Below are positions 23,684 to 37,100 of a stretch of DNA of 64,000 bases, in pieces (position 1 is the first letter of the stretch; every line of letters starts with the position of its first letter). Origin of the DNA: Macrostomum lignano (Eukaryota); assembly GCA_002269645.1 (NCBI GenBank), contig NIVC01003129.1:10390-74389 (forward strand). The letters run 5' to 3'. A model generated the notes under the pieces. That model did not search any database and was not told the origin of the DNA. It saw only the letters and a program-made list of their open reading frames with translations. Position numbers and translations under genes: made by a program.

Positions 23684-24560
23684 AATGAACTTGACTTACT
23701 TGACTCTACGCGAGCAGGTGGTTGTGCACTCAAAGGCATGGGTCGCTGCTTAACTCTCTGAGTAAAGGGTAATCTCCACAGAATGTTCTGGGGGTAATTT
23801 CCTTCACCCAGGCGCACTGATTGTACAGCTCCATGGCGCAGAAGCTGATGGCCGTGCGGCCGGAGGTTCCGCTTTCTAAATGCTTCTGGATGGGGACACC
23901 GCGTCGAGCAGACGGCGGGTAGTCTTCGTTGCCTCTCCTCTGACAAAGAGGTCAAGGGGGGGGGAATGTTTAGGAAGGAGTTCATGCCAGCAAAGGGCGT
24001 AGAGGGAGTCGCGCTCATGATAGCTTGAAAAGCGCGGCCTTGCACCCTGTTAAGAGCTTCAAGGACCCCTTTCACCTCTAGGGCATTGTTCCAAATGAAG
24101 CCGGCGAAGGAGATGGCCGGTCTCACGATGGCAGTGTAAATCCACCAGAGGCGGGGGTGGAGGCCCCACGTAGTGCCGAAAGTTCTGCGGATCTGCGAGA
24201 GCTTTGCAGGCTTTGGTTTGAACCTGTGGTCGAGGGTGACGCCCAGAAATCTGGTTTGTCTCTCCATGGCAACGGGTTTGCCATAGAGGGAGAGCGGTTC
24301 AATCCTCCAGTTACGGCGGCTGGTGAACATGATGGCCATGGTTTTAGACTCAGAGAACCTGAGACCGCAGCTATGTGCCCAGCGCTCGGCACGGTGGATG
24401 AAGGCTTGAAGGAGGTCTCTTAGGACCGCGGGTGTTGGTCCGGCCACAGTGGCGGTAACATCGTCGGCATAGCCGATTTTCTGAACCAGATCCGAGTAAC
24501 GTCTGCACTCGTCCATGACCAAGTTCCAGAGAATCGGGCTGAGGACTTCACCTTTCTGGA
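23684..24560 (-). mobile_element. Degenerate non-LTR retrotransposon RT fragment related to the 35.3-38.7 kb element
   Basis: QKGEVLSPILWNLVMDE, KIGYADDV, FLGVTLDHR, WWIYTAIVRP; same GTCAAGTAAGTCAAG tail (read as cttgacttacttgac at ~23690). Contains deletions. Confidence 0.85.
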
Positions 24561-26408
24561 CCTCCACAGAGCGGGAGTGCCAGCAGGCAGTTGACGAAAC
24601 TCCGATTGCACACCTGTTAGCAGCAGCAGCAACTCCTGCACTGGCGCTGACAGGCGCGGATGATGCAGCCTGCCAGCTGGAGTCGCCTACGACGCAGCGA
24701 GTCGCTTGTCTCATGGCCCGGGCCCCCGCTCGTAAGTCATTGTGTTATTCTGCTCTCTCTGGGGCCCAGGGCCCATTGGAGCCCTGCGCGCCGCGTCAAC
24801 CTGCTCAGTGTAAGACATCCCATGAAACAGCATCTTAGGATGTCTTACACTGAGTAGTATTGAGTCGTCCCTGGGTCGCCGCAATCCCGGTTGCACTGCG
24901 ACTCCGGAGCCTCACTGTACGTCCTTAGAGGTTGCCACAATGGCGGCCGATGCCAGCCTGCAGTCCCGTATAGGGAAAGCTGGCATTTGAGCACACGGCC
25001 AAGCACAGCTGCCAGATCATGCTGCTAGACACGTAGATCCATCCTGTCCCATCTTTGCTGTAGTCGCCAAGATGACGAGTGATCTTTAAAATTTCTACGT
25101 CTGGTTAGTCCGAGAAGCGAGCGTGAAGTCCAGTTTTTAGTTCGGTTAGAGTAGCACTTGGGTTCACATGGATCGCCTCCTCCAGAAAATCCAGCATCTC
25201 TTGATCCACGCTCACGTGCTTACGACCTGACCTCCCTTTGGCATCCTTGCAGACCTTCCCTCTTCACACTCGTGTATTCATTCGGTAGTTCGTTTGATTC
25301 CCATAGCACGAGCGAGGTTTACGTACAAAGCCGTTTTCATGTGTATATCAGATGTAAGTTCTGTGGTGTGTACGAGCATATACGAGTATGAGCCTTTTTC
25401 GATCATTATCGCTCATTCGTGCAGTCGGCATTCTCAAAGAAATAGCAGCTTGTGGTTAGGGTTAGTGTTAGGGTTAGGGCTAGGGTTAGGGTTAGAGTTA
25501 GGCTTACTAACAGCACTGTATATTATAGACGTAGGCACAAATGCTCACAATCATAGCATTGTTAAGGGACCTCCGCTTGGCACCTCCGCGAGGCAGAGGC
25601 TCTATACGACCGGTTGCGTTGAATTGTCAAACTATGTAAGTCACGGTTCTTCGTGAGATGCCCAACAGCCTATCGAAATCTTGCCAGTCCTCTCCATCCT
25701 GATAGGCTTGAATCCTGTTATAAGGTCCACGCTGGGCCATTCTTTGATCTTGCTATGTATGTCTGTGGTGTTTTCTTTGCTATGGGCAAACTAGGTCGCA
25801 GTTTTGGCAAAATTGATTGCAGTTTTGGCAAACTAGATCGCAAAAAGGTATAATATCCAGAGAAAGAATTTCGATCAATTGCACTTGTCGGAATTGATTG
25901 GACTCATGGTTTTATTCATCCATGATTGGACTTCTTGCAGTCTCGGCCATAGACAGAATAACAGGAATAGTCTTTTTAAAGCCCACTGCTTGAAATTGAA
26001 TGCAACTGTCGCTTTCTTGTGGAAGTTTTTGTTGTATTTAAAAAGAGTCTCTTTTGAAAGCTTGGCATGGTTGTCGGAATTGAATGCACACCCTACCGAC
26101 CGCTGCTATAAACCTAACTCAGGCTCGTTACCGCTGCAACTTAAAACACACGCAAAGGCTACAGGCCTCGGAAGTGGTTTTAATTCAAAACTTGTACATA
26201 CTGTATGTTTCCTCTGAAGGTGCACAACAATATTATGAGGTTCTCGCATTGACACGGCAACGAAATAGGCATGTAAATCAATTACTTGCTAGAATTGGGC
26301 TTACAAAGAAAATTATTGTAAAATCATTCTAACTTCAGTTTCATGCACGAGTTGGACTGCAGTTTCCGACAGTCGAAAATCGAAAGCGCTGAATTTGAAG
26401 CAACAAGT

Positions 26409-29400
26409 TCAGGTATAGAAAATTGGGCCGCAGCCTCCTAGCTTCACCATCGCTGAGTCTGCAGGACAGCTGAAGGCTGACTGGAACTCAGGGATCAGCG
26501 ACAGCACTCCGTTGACGCTGCAATTGAGCAGTGTTCATTAAACAATGCGAAGGTTAAAATTTGAAAAAATCAGCTTGAGTCATCGGCTTACTGAATATCC
26601 TCTGGCATGAGGCGGCCCAAGGCTCCCCGGATGTATGAGTACAGCGGATCCCGGGTGAAGCAGAATGTCTGCAATTTCAGTTCAGGCTTATGATACAGGT
26701 TCAAGTCCACAGTAAAGTTGTAACCCTCTCTTTACCTGTGCCCTTTCTTCACCTGTTCCCTCTCTTCACCTGTGCCCTCTCTTCACCTGTGCCCTCTCTT
26801 CACCTGTGCCCTCTCTTCACCTGTGCCCTCTCCACACCCGCCATTTCGGTACCCGTTTTTGACCCTCGGCCTCACCTGTGCCCAGGCAGTGAACAAAGAC
26901 TGCATTTTGTTGAGATGGCCAAGCGGCAGCGGGAGCTCCGACCCACCCCCCTCGAAACCGGCGTAAGCCTTCGACACCAGCCGGAGCGCATCCGTCTCAG
27001 CAACTGCCGTGCGCAGAGTTCTCGAGATTATCGGGCTGATGTCCACCTGAGTGCGGGATGGTAATTATCACTTAATCAGTATGGGATTTCACACCGCTTG
27101 CCCCAGCTTGATCACTCAGCCAGCAGCCCTGCCCCACAGAATCCCTCAGCATGTGCCCTCAGCCACCAGCCCTGCCCCACAGAATCACTCAGCCAGCAGC
27201 CCTGCCCCACAGAATCCCTCAGCCACCAGCCCTGCCCCACAGAATCCCTCAGCCAGCAGCCCTGCCCCACAGAATCCCTCAGCCACCAGCCCTGCCCCAC
27301 AGAATCCCTCAGCCACCAGCCCTGCCCCACAGAATCCCTCAGCCACCAGCCCTGCCCCACAGAATCCCTCAGCCAGCAGCCCTGCCCCACAGAATCCCTC
27401 AGCCAGCAGCCCTGCCCCACAGAATCCCTCAGCCAGCAGCCCTGCCCCACAGAATCACCCTCAGCCACCAGCCCTGCCCCACAGAATCTCTCAGCCACCA
27501 GCCCTGCCCCACAAAATCACTCAGCCAGCAGCCCTGCCCCACAGAATCACCCTCAGCCACCAGCCCTGCCCCACAGAATCCCTCAGCCACCAGCCCTGCC
27601 CCACAGAATCCCTCAGCCAGCAGCCCTGCCCCACAGAATCCCTCAGCCAGCAGCCCTGCCCCACAGAATCCCTCAGCCAGCAGCCCTGCCCCACAGAATC
27701 ACCCTCAGCCAGCAGCCCTGCCCCACAAAATCCCTCAGCCACCAGCCCTGCCCCACAGAATCCCTCAGCCAGCAGCCCTGCCCCACAGAATCCCTCAGCC
27801 AGCAGCCCTGCCCCACAGAATCCCTCAGCCAGCAGCCCTGCCCCACAGAATCACCCTCAGCCACCAGCCCTGCCCCACAAAATCCCTCAGCCACCAGCCC
27901 TGCCCCACAGAATCCCTCAGCCACCAGCCCTGCCCCACAAAATCCCTCAGCCACCAGCCCTGCCCCACAAAATCCTTCAGCCACCAGCCCTGCCCCACAA
28001 AATCCCTCAGCCAGCAGCCCTGCCCCACAGAATCCCTCAGCCAGCAGCCCTGCCCCACAAAATCACTCACATAGTAACTTCTGTTTCCAACCCAATACGG
28101 CCCTGCCGTCAAGTCCCAGTAGGTGAAGTTGACGCACTGCGCCTTCGCCAAATAGCTCTGCCTTGTCCGCTCCGACCACATGGGATTTGAGTTGCCCTGC
28201 TGGTCCGTGAGCTGGCCTTGAAAGAAGAGGTTGGGATTCGAATTTGTCAGAAAATCCCCTGTTCAATCGGCCGGTACCTAACTGGACTAAAATATAATCT
28301 CACAAGCACAAGGTGAATTTTAGGCCAATAGAATGCTCAATAGGAGTCCAATTAGAATCCCACTGGAGTCCAATTAGAATCCCACTGGAGTCCAATTAGA
28401 ATCCCACTGGAGTCCAATTAGAATCCCACTGGAGCCCAATTAGAATCCCACTGGAGCCCAATTAGAATCCCACTGGAGTCCCATTAGAATCCCACTGGAG
28501 TCCAATTAGAATCCCACTGGAGTCCAATTAGAATCCCACTGGAGTCCAATTAGAATCCCACTGGAGTCCAATTAGAATCCCACTGGAGCCCAATTAGAAT
28601 CCCACTGGAGCCCAATTAGAATCCCACTGGAGTCCCATTAGAATCCCACTGGAGTCCAATTAGAATCCCACTGGAGTCCCATCGGAATCCCACTGGAGTC
28701 CCATCGGAATCCCACTGGAGTCCCATCGGAATCCCACTGGAGTCCCATCGGAATCCCACTGGAGTCCCATCGGAATCCCACTGGAGTCCCATCGGAATCC
28801 CACTGGAGTCCCATCGGAATCCCACTGGAGTCCCATCCGAATCCCATGTCCAGCAGCCGCAGCAGCTGCAGCAGCTCTGCAGTCACCAGTGGCATCCACA
28901 GCCTTGATCAGCTCAGCCGCCATGCGCTGCCCGATGGTGGCGAAATTGATGTAGCCCGGCAGCTGAGGGGAGAAGAACGGCCACTGCAGAATGCCGGCAG
29001 GAACTGTCAGCTGCGCTGTGGAAGTCATGGACAGCGCCACGTCGAAGGTGGCGCCGCTCCAAGCGGTGGCCTGTGGCACGGTGCCCAGCAGGGAGCCCTG
29101 CTTCAGGCGCTTGAAGTTCTGCCAGCTGATTGAGATGTCCATCATGGGGTAATCCGGGTCAACAGTGAGCTGTCGCGGCCGGGGTGCGTGAAAGTGCGAG
29201 AGTTTAGAGCTGACACACTCTAATCTAGAGTGACACATTTTAATCTGGAGTGACACATTCTAATCTAGAGTGACACATTCTAATCTGGAGAGACACATTC
29301 TAATCTAGAGTGACACATTTTAATCTAGATTGACACATTCTAATCTAGAGTGACACACTCTAATCTAGAGTGACACATTCTAATCTAGAGTGACACATTT

Positions 29401-29954
29401 TAATCTGGAGTGACACATTCTAATCTAGAGTGACACATTCTAATCTGGAGAGACACATTCTAATCTAGAGTGACACATTCTAATCTAGAGTGACACATTT
29501 TAATCTAGATTGACACACTCTAATCTAGAGTGACACATTCTAATCTAGAGTGACACATTCTAATCTAGAGTGACACATTCCAATCTGAAGTGACACACTA
29601 ATCTAAGAGTACTAAATCAAACATTCAGCATCATAATTTACGCTCACATCCTTGTAGTACTCGTCAAGAAACTCATCCCGGATCTCAGTCGGTGAGTAGC
29701 CGATCTTGTCCACCACAGCCTGGATTTTCATCCTCATCTTGGCTCGTTCGGTGGACTCAATCCAGTCGAGCTTTTCAATGCCGCTGACGAACTCAGACTG
29801 GAGAGTTTTGTACAGACTGTCCACCTGCGAAAGGGTTTTGTTAGAGTCAGCACTCGGAATGACTGCTTGGAGGCTGCTGGCCCCGAGGCTCATGGGCAAA
29901 TCTGATTTCACATTCTAGAGGAAGAGAGATGAAAAGAGGGAGAGAGGCGAAGAG

Positions 29955-30008
<54 letters not shown>

Positions 30009-33000
30009 GGAGAGGGAGAGAGACGGAGAGGGAGAGAGATGAAGAGAAAAGGAGAGAGGCGGAGAGACGGAGAGGGAGAGAGAGGGAGAGAGGCGGAGAG
30101 GGAGAGAGATGAAGAGAAAAGGAGAGGGAGAGAGAGGGAGAGAGATGGAGAGAGATGGAGAGGGAGAGAGAGGGAGAGAGATGGAGAGGGAAAGAGAGGG
30201 AGAGAGGCGGAGAGGGAGAGAGAGGGAGAGAGAGGGAGAGAGAGGGAGAGAGATGGAGAGGGAGAGAGGCGGAGAGACGAAGAGGCAGAGAGAGGGAGAG
30301 AGGGGAGCAGGGCAGAGGTCAACTGCCAAATCGGAGGTGCTCCTTAGGCCCGAGCTCAACCGGGTACAAGTGCAGCCGGTGCAGGATTCATATCCGATAT
30401 TTATCGCAATAAGAAATTTACTCTTACGCATGAAACATTTGACAAAACCGAAGTTTGCTAAATTATAACCAGTTTCGTACTAATTGGAGCTCATTACTTC
30501 CCATCAGAGGGAAAGGGGAGATATACCGGTCGAAGAATTATAATCAGAGATCAGAGAGAGCCTGGGGCGAGCTGTACAGAACAAACACAAGTCCCGACCC
30601 ACAGCCTGCTTGCTGGAGTCCACCAGGTGGTCCGCAACGAAGAGACTGTTGAGCCCCAGCAACATGAAGGTCTTGGTGCGGTCCAAGCAGTAGTCCAGCC
30701 TGCTCTGGTAGATGTAGCTGCTGCTGGACAGGCTGGACTCAAACTCGCGCTTGGCGTGAACGTAGGCGCTCGACAGGTCACCGCTGTAATTGCGGATCAC
30801 CTGCCAATTCAGGTAGTTGGACAGCCTCCTGTGCGGGGGAGCATGGGTGTGGCATTAGCTGACGGTGACAGGTAAATCCTGTGTCTGTAGCGGGTAAATA
30901 CTGTGTCTGTAGCGGGTAAATCCTGCGTCTGTAGCGGGTAAATACTGTGTCTGTAGCGGGTAAATCCTGTGTCTGTAGCGGGTAAATCCTGTGTCTGTAG
31001 CGGGTAAATCCTGTGTCTGTAGCGGGTAAATCCTGTGTCTGTAGCGGGTAAATCCTGTGTCTGTAGCGGGTAAATCCTGTGTCTGTAGCGGGTAAATCCT
31101 GTGTCTGTAGCGGGTAAATCCTGTGTCTGTAGCGGGTAAATCCTGTGTCTGTAGCGGGTAAATCCTGTGTCTGTAGCGGGTAAATAAGTTTATAGCTCAT
31201 AAAACGTGACTCCTGCCTCTAACAAGAGGGACTCCCTGTCTGGCAATGAGAACTCGGTCTCAACGGGAATCCACCTGCCTGTTATAATCGACTGGGTGCA
31301 GCAACCTGATGGTCTCCCCAACGTAGGTCATCGCCCGCGTCAGGTAGTCAGCCGTCTGCACTGCCACCCTGGTGGAGCCCTGCACCCCGGACTCGAGGGT
31401 GCCGCTGAACAGCGCAGACCACCTGATTGGCTGGTAGCTCGAGTCCATCTCAGTCAGGCTGATTTGGTTGCCAGGGGCCAGCGGCGGCTTGTCGGGGTCC
31501 GGTCCAACGGCGTTCCTGCTGAACTGTTGGTATTGACAGTGGGACGGTGCTTTGGTAATTGGGAGAATTCTCCCCAACCATATTTCCCTGCTAGGTGAAT
31601 TCTTCCACAGAGCTCACATTGGCGAGGGCCGTCTCGATCTCCATGACGTCGAGCACGAAGTTCTCGATGCGCGCCGTGACGCCGTTCGGATTATCGACCG
31701 TGCCGGGCTCGGCGTCGGCAACCAGGAGTTTCGCTGTTGCTCTCATGTACTCCTTGTAGGACTCGCGCTGCCTGTGATACTGGAAATAAAGTACTCTCTG
31801 ACCCCGTGTACTCTCTGACCCTGTGTACTCTCTGACCCTGTGTACTCTCTGACCCTGTGTACTCTCTGACCCTGTGTACTCTCTGACCCTGTGTACTCTC
31901 TGACCCTGTGTACTCTCTGACCCTGTGTACTCTCTGACCCTGTGTACTCTCTGACCCTGTGTACTCTCTGACCCTGTGTACTCTCTGACCCTGTGTACTC
32001 TCTGACCCTGTGTACTCTCTGACCCCGTGTACTCTCTTACATCCCAAGTGATCTCTGCCCCACATGTACAGCCATTTCCCTGTGTCCTTTCTTCAGTCGC
32101 GCACCAGTGCACAGACAGCTGCATCCAGTACTCACAAAGTCGAACAGGTACATGGCAGGTAGCATGCCGATCCCGCCGTTGTAAATCTGGAAATAAGGGC
32201 GAAATAAGCTGACTTGCCGCACTCAGAGCAGAGCACCTGAGCTTCAGGACCTGAGCTTCAGGACAGGCAACACCCTCACCGAAATCGTGTACCGGCCTCC
32301 GTCAAGCGGGTTCGGCTCCACCCGGTACTCGAAGAAGGCCGAAGCTCCGTAGGTTTTCACGGCGGAGAGCAGCTCGCGGTCCAGGTCGAACTGGCCGACC
32401 ACCGAGCCGTTGATCACGTAGAACTGACGCCGCAGCAGGTCGGCGAACAGGGCGCCGCGCACCCGTTCGATTCGAAAGTCGTCAATGCAGGTGCCGAAAA
32501 TTGTTTTCAACTTTCGTTCGTATGAGTCCGCCGAGTTGCGAACGATCGGCGAACGGAGGGCGGCCTCGAGCTTGTCGGCGTTCTGCCTGATCAGCTCGCC
32601 GCTGACCGTCCGCTCGCGGTAAGCCGGGTTTATCGGCATCACCTGCTCGGCAGCGCCGCAGGCGAAAGCGTAGAAATTATCGCATGGGCTGGCCGAGCGG
32701 TTGAGGAAACTCACCTGGGGAGAAATGGTGGCTTGAAGTTTAGAAGTACAGGGAAACTGCGAGCTGTGATTCCAACCGAGGGAATCGGTGGGGAATCGGT
32801 GGAGAATCGGTGGGGAATCGGTGGGGAATCGGTGGGGAATCGGTGGGTAATCGGTGGGGAATCGGTGGGGAATCGGTGGGTAATCGGTGGGGAATCGGTG
32901 GGTAATCGGTGGGGAATCGGTGGGGAATCGGTGGGTAATCGGTGGGTAATCGGTGGGTAATCGGTGGGTAATCGGTGGGGAATCGGTGGGTAATCGGTGG

Positions 33001-33425
33001 GTAATCGGTGGGGAATCGGTGGGGAATCGGTGGGGAATCGGTGGGTAATCGGTGGGTAATCGGTGGGGAATTGGTGGGGAATCGGTGGGGAATCGGTGGG
33101 GAATCGATGGGGAATCGGTGGGGAATCGGTGGGGAATCTGACTGCAGTGGTCCCTCACCAGGTAGCCGGAGCGGTACAGGCAGGCCTCACTCTGGCACGC
33201 AGTCTCGACCCCACCACCGCCGCCAGCACCGCCGCCGTGGGTGGCAGCCAGGGCGATGACCACAACCAGCAGCAAAACGACAATGCCAGCCAGGATGTTC
33301 TCAGCGATGGAGTGCCTGGCCGGGTTGAGCTGCTGCCGGACCCGCTCCCAGATCCTGGCGGTGACTGAGCTGGTCTCGGGCTCCGCGTACATCTCCATGT
33401 TGATGGACTCTGGATCGGCAGCCAT
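26409..33425 (-). CDS. M13 family neprilysin/ECE-like type II membrane protein, predicted catalytically inactive (773 aa); exons 33425-33159, 32714-32280, 32186-32136, 31779-31618, 31523-31306, 30828-30603, 29824-29648, 29169-28887, 28216-28071, 27046-26876, 26668-26592, 26517-26409
   Basis: N-terminal TM, CQSEAC, PCDNFYAFACG, RLSNYLNW, KIGY, VPAGILQWPFF, C-terminal EFQSAFSCP. All GT-AG junctions keep frame (2322 nt total). Confidence 0.88.
27110..28065. repeat. Minisatellite, ~30-bp unit (CAGCCACCAGCCCTGCCCCACAGAATCCCT)
   Basis: Direct reading; intronic. Confidence 0.95.
28345..28845. repeat. Minisatellite, 22-bp unit (TAGAATCCCACTGGAGTCCAAT / CGGAATCCCACTGGAGTCCCAT)
   Basis: Direct reading; intronic. 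Confidence 0.95.
29210..29600. repeat. Minisatellite, 20-bp unit (TAATCTAGAGTGACACATTC)
   Basis: Direct reading; intronic. Confidence 0.95.
29918..30305. repeat. GA-rich polypurine tract
   Basis: Direct reading; intronic. Confidence 0.95.
30872..31185. repeat. Minisatellite, 22-bp unit (GGGTAAATCCTGTGTCTGTAGC)
   Basis: Direct reading; intronic. Confidence 0.95.
31790..32036. repeat. Minisatellite, 17-bp unit (ACTCTCTGACCCTGTGT)
   Basis: Direct reading; intronic. Confidence 0.95.
32780..33138. repeat. Minisatellite, 12-bp unit (GGGAATCGGTGG / GGTAATCGGTGG)
   Basis: Direct reading; intronic. Confidence 0.95.
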
Positions 33426-34112
33426 TGGAGCAACTGTTTGGGGGCCAAGAGAGACAGGAGTTTGAGTTGAGCTCGGCGACAGTGCCTGCTGGATCAAAGT
33501 GTGCTTTAGAACAGAGCAGAGCTGAGCACTTTTATTCTCCGCGCTCCTTTGAGTCGCTATCGCTCAGAGCTCAGATAAGGCGCCAGTGGCAGCAGCTCAA
33601 TTGTTTCGATTGAGAGCAGGCGGCACACCAGCTGAGCACCTTCATGTCAGGCTTTTTTCATTTTCTAAGCAGAGTTTCCCTTGAGCAGTAAAGTTTTTGA
33701 TAATGAAAAAATGTTATGGGTCGAGCAGCAGCTTATCTTTTTCTTAACGAAACTGGGCAGAAAGGCGAGAGTCAAAGTGAAAGCTCAGGCTAATTCTTTC
33801 TGATTTCAGATATTTTATTTTTCTATACGTTTCAGCTCGCATATTGATTTGAATAGTCTGTATTCTTTGTGTAAATTATTTCAAAGATTACATCTGGCTA
33901 GCAATCCATGTAAAATACGGATCCAGATGCCAGTCTTAGTGCACCCCGGCTTCGACACTGGAATGCAATGCTTATCGAACGGGACTCTATGGTCGCAACC
34001 AAACGATTGCATTTACAATGGAGCTGATGGATCCGCTGTTCCAAGTTGGCAATCATCAAAAACTTAATTCAGAGCGGTCGAAAAAGAATCAAAAAATAAT
34101 ATTATCGGAGAC

Positions 34113-37100
34113 ATGCACGGGTTCGGATATTTACTTGTCATGCTGGGGTCTCTGTCCATTGTGCTGCAGCTTCTGGCCGCATTTGGCTCCGCCGTCGATT
34201 TAGCGACGACTAAGAATCAGCAGAGCGGCGCCAGCGAAAATAGCCAAGAGGAGCTTGAGACTCAGGCCAATGCGGCCCAGCTGCAGGCGATGGAAGCCAA
34301 CCCGGATCCCTACAAGCACCATGCTGTGCACTTGTGCAACACTAACTTGGACTGTCTGGCTATGCACGGCGGCTGCAGCCACGACCAGTACATTGGGGAC
34401 AGCGAGGCCAAGTGAGTGCTGGGCTGGATATTTTTATTGCTTGTGTTTGAGACCCCCCGCACACACGAACACAGCGGGGGAGGAGGGTGGAGGTTAGCCA
34501 GACCCCAGGCACACGAGAACACACCGGGGAAAGTAGGGGTGGGGGTTAATAAGGCCCCAGGCACACAAGAACACAGCGGGGGAGGAGGGTGGAGGTTAGC
34601 CAGACCCCAGGCACACGAGAACACAGCGGGGAAAGGAGGGGTGGGGGTTAATAAGGCCCCAGGCACACGAGAACACAGCGGGGAAATAGGGGTGGAGGTT
34701 AATAAGGCCCCAGGCACACAAGAACACAGCGGGAGAGGAGGGGTGGAGGTTAGCCAGACCCCAGGCACACGAGAACACAGCGGGGAAAGGAGGGGTGGGG
34801 GTAAATAAGGCCCCAGGCACACACGAACACAGCGGGGGAGGAGGGTGGAGTTTAGCCAGACCCCAGGCACACGAGAACACAGCGGGGAAAGGAGGGGTGG
34901 AGGTTAATAAGGCCCCAGGCACACAAGAACACAGCGGGAGAGGAGGGGTGGAGGTTAATAAGGCCCCAGGCACACAAGAACACAGCGGGAGAGGAGGGGT
35001 GGAGGTTAATAAGGCCCCAGGCACACAAGAACACAGCGGGAGAGGAGGGGTGGAGGTTAATAAGGCCCCAGGCACACAAGAACACAGCGGGAGAGGAGGG
35101 GTGGGGGTTAATAAGGCCACAGGCACACAAGAACACAGCGGGAGAGGAGGGGTGGGGGTTAATAAGGCCACAGGCACACAAGAACACAGCGGGAGAGGAG
35201 GGGTGGGGGTTAATAAGGCCCCAGGCACACAAGAACACAGCGGGAGAGGAGGGGTGGGGGTTAATACGGCGCGACGGCGAGATGATCCCAGTAGAGCTTG
35301 TCACACTGGTCGAGCTCTGCTCCACCAGAAACTATGAGCTGCTCGTGGCAGGTGACATCAATGCCCACCACACCCACTGGGGCAGTTCTGATATAAACCA
35401 GAGAGGTGAAGACTTCCTGGCTTATATTGCTACTACAACCCTTGAGTTCTGTAACTCGGGTAGTACCCCTACCTTCAATAACGGACGCCGATCGGAGGTG
35501 CTGGATGCCACCCTCGCCACGCCCAGGCTCTTCCAGAGCACTAGGGAATGGCGGGTGCTTCCTGAGGCGTCCCTCTCCGATCACAAGTTCATCTCTTTCA
35601 CGCTGGCCAGCGCCCGTAACGCAGGCCAGCTTTACTGGAAACGGAATGCTAGGAATACCGACTGGACCGCCTTCAGGCTTGCCCTGGAGGAGACCTATCG
35701 TTGCACTAGCGCTCCAGTCTCCATCAACACCTGCGAAGAAGCAGATGAATTTGCGGCCGCACTTACGGACTCGCTCACTGCTGCCTTCGAAGCCTCATGC
35801 CCACTAAAGGCATATAAAGGCAAACAGTCGGCCCCATGGTGGAACCCGCAGCTTGGCGACCTCCGTCGCAGAGCCAAAAGGCTTCACCGCAGGGCCCAAA
35901 AAACTAAAAACCCGGCCGACCAAACCGCCTACCTGAACTCTATCCACGAGTTCAAGAGGCAGGTTAGGAACGCCAAAACCAACAAGTGGCGCGAATACTG
36001 TGAGGAACTTGAGGGCTCCCGCCCCACCTCCAGAATCGTTAAAGCCCTCACCCTGGACAAAATGTCCAAACTCTCCTCAGTCAAGAGAGCCGACGGCTCG
36101 CTCACTGAGAACCCAGGAGAAACACTGGAAGCGATGCTAACAGCGTTTTTCCCGAACGAGCCAGCTAGGCCCGGCCCCCCTGACCACTCAGTGGGCGGAC
36201 ACGTACTGGCTGACTCAATCATCACGGAGGACCGCGTTACTAAAGCTGTCTCCTCCTTCAAACCCTTCAAATCCCCAGGACCGGACGGCGTTGTGCCAGC
36301 CTTCCTGCGGGAGGCGGTGAAATGCACCGGTTTCCTGCGGAACCTTTGCCGGCTTCTGAAAGCCTGCATTGTGCTCGGCTTTGTTCCGAAATCCTGGACC
36401 GAGGCCAAGGTGGTCTTTATCCCCAAGCCTGGCCGACCGGACTACCGGTCCATTAAATCCTTCAGACCAATTAGCCTCACCTCCTCATTGGTGAAGCTGT
36501 TAGAGAGACTGGTGCTCTGGCGCCTCCTCTCTGTGGAACTGAAGAACAAGCCGCTCAGTGAGAACCAGCATGCCTTTCGGGCAGGCAGGTCCACGGAGAG
36601 CGCGCTTCACGTTCTGGTTGACATGCTGGAGAAAGCCGTTCTTGGTAATGGCTACGCTCTCGCTGTCTTCCTCGACATTGTTGGAGCCTTCGATAATGTC
36701 CTCTTTGAGGCCTTTGACAGAGCTCTACGTGCTAGAGGAACCCACTCGCACCTCACCCGGTGGATCATGTATATGATCAGCCACCGTACTGCCACCGCAC
36801 ACCTGTTGGGCCACCAACGGACGGTAACCGTCTGCAAAGGCAGCCCCCAGGGCGGTGTCCTCTCTCCAGTTCTCTGGAACATGGTCATCGATGAGCTCCT
36901 CCAGGACAGCCATCTTGACCCCATCCTCAAGGTCGGTTACGCCGATGATGTCACAGCCGTGGCATCCGGACCGTCACCTGAAACCCTTAGAGATCTTTTG
37001 CAAAACTTCATTCGCTCTGCTGAACGTTGGGCGGACAGGTGCGGCCTCAGGCTCTCCGAGACCAAAACTGTCGCGATCATGTTCACCAGCAGGGTAAACT

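Noticed and set aside
27051-28190. Mucin-like SPAPQNP ORFs
   Set aside because: Antisense reading of an intronic minisatellite in the M13 gene.
29826-29915. Duplicated or mutually exclusive exon (NVKSDLPMSLG...) in the M13 gene
   Set aside because: It is intron sequence before the true acceptor (ctctaac...ccctttcgcag|GTG); the neprilysin alignment is continuous without it.
34320-34380. HLCNTNLDCLAMHGGC as an insulin B chain
   Set aside because: Cys spacing is 12 rather than 11, and the downstream exon has no A-chain CC-x3-C-x8-C; a repeated 6-Cys module fits better.
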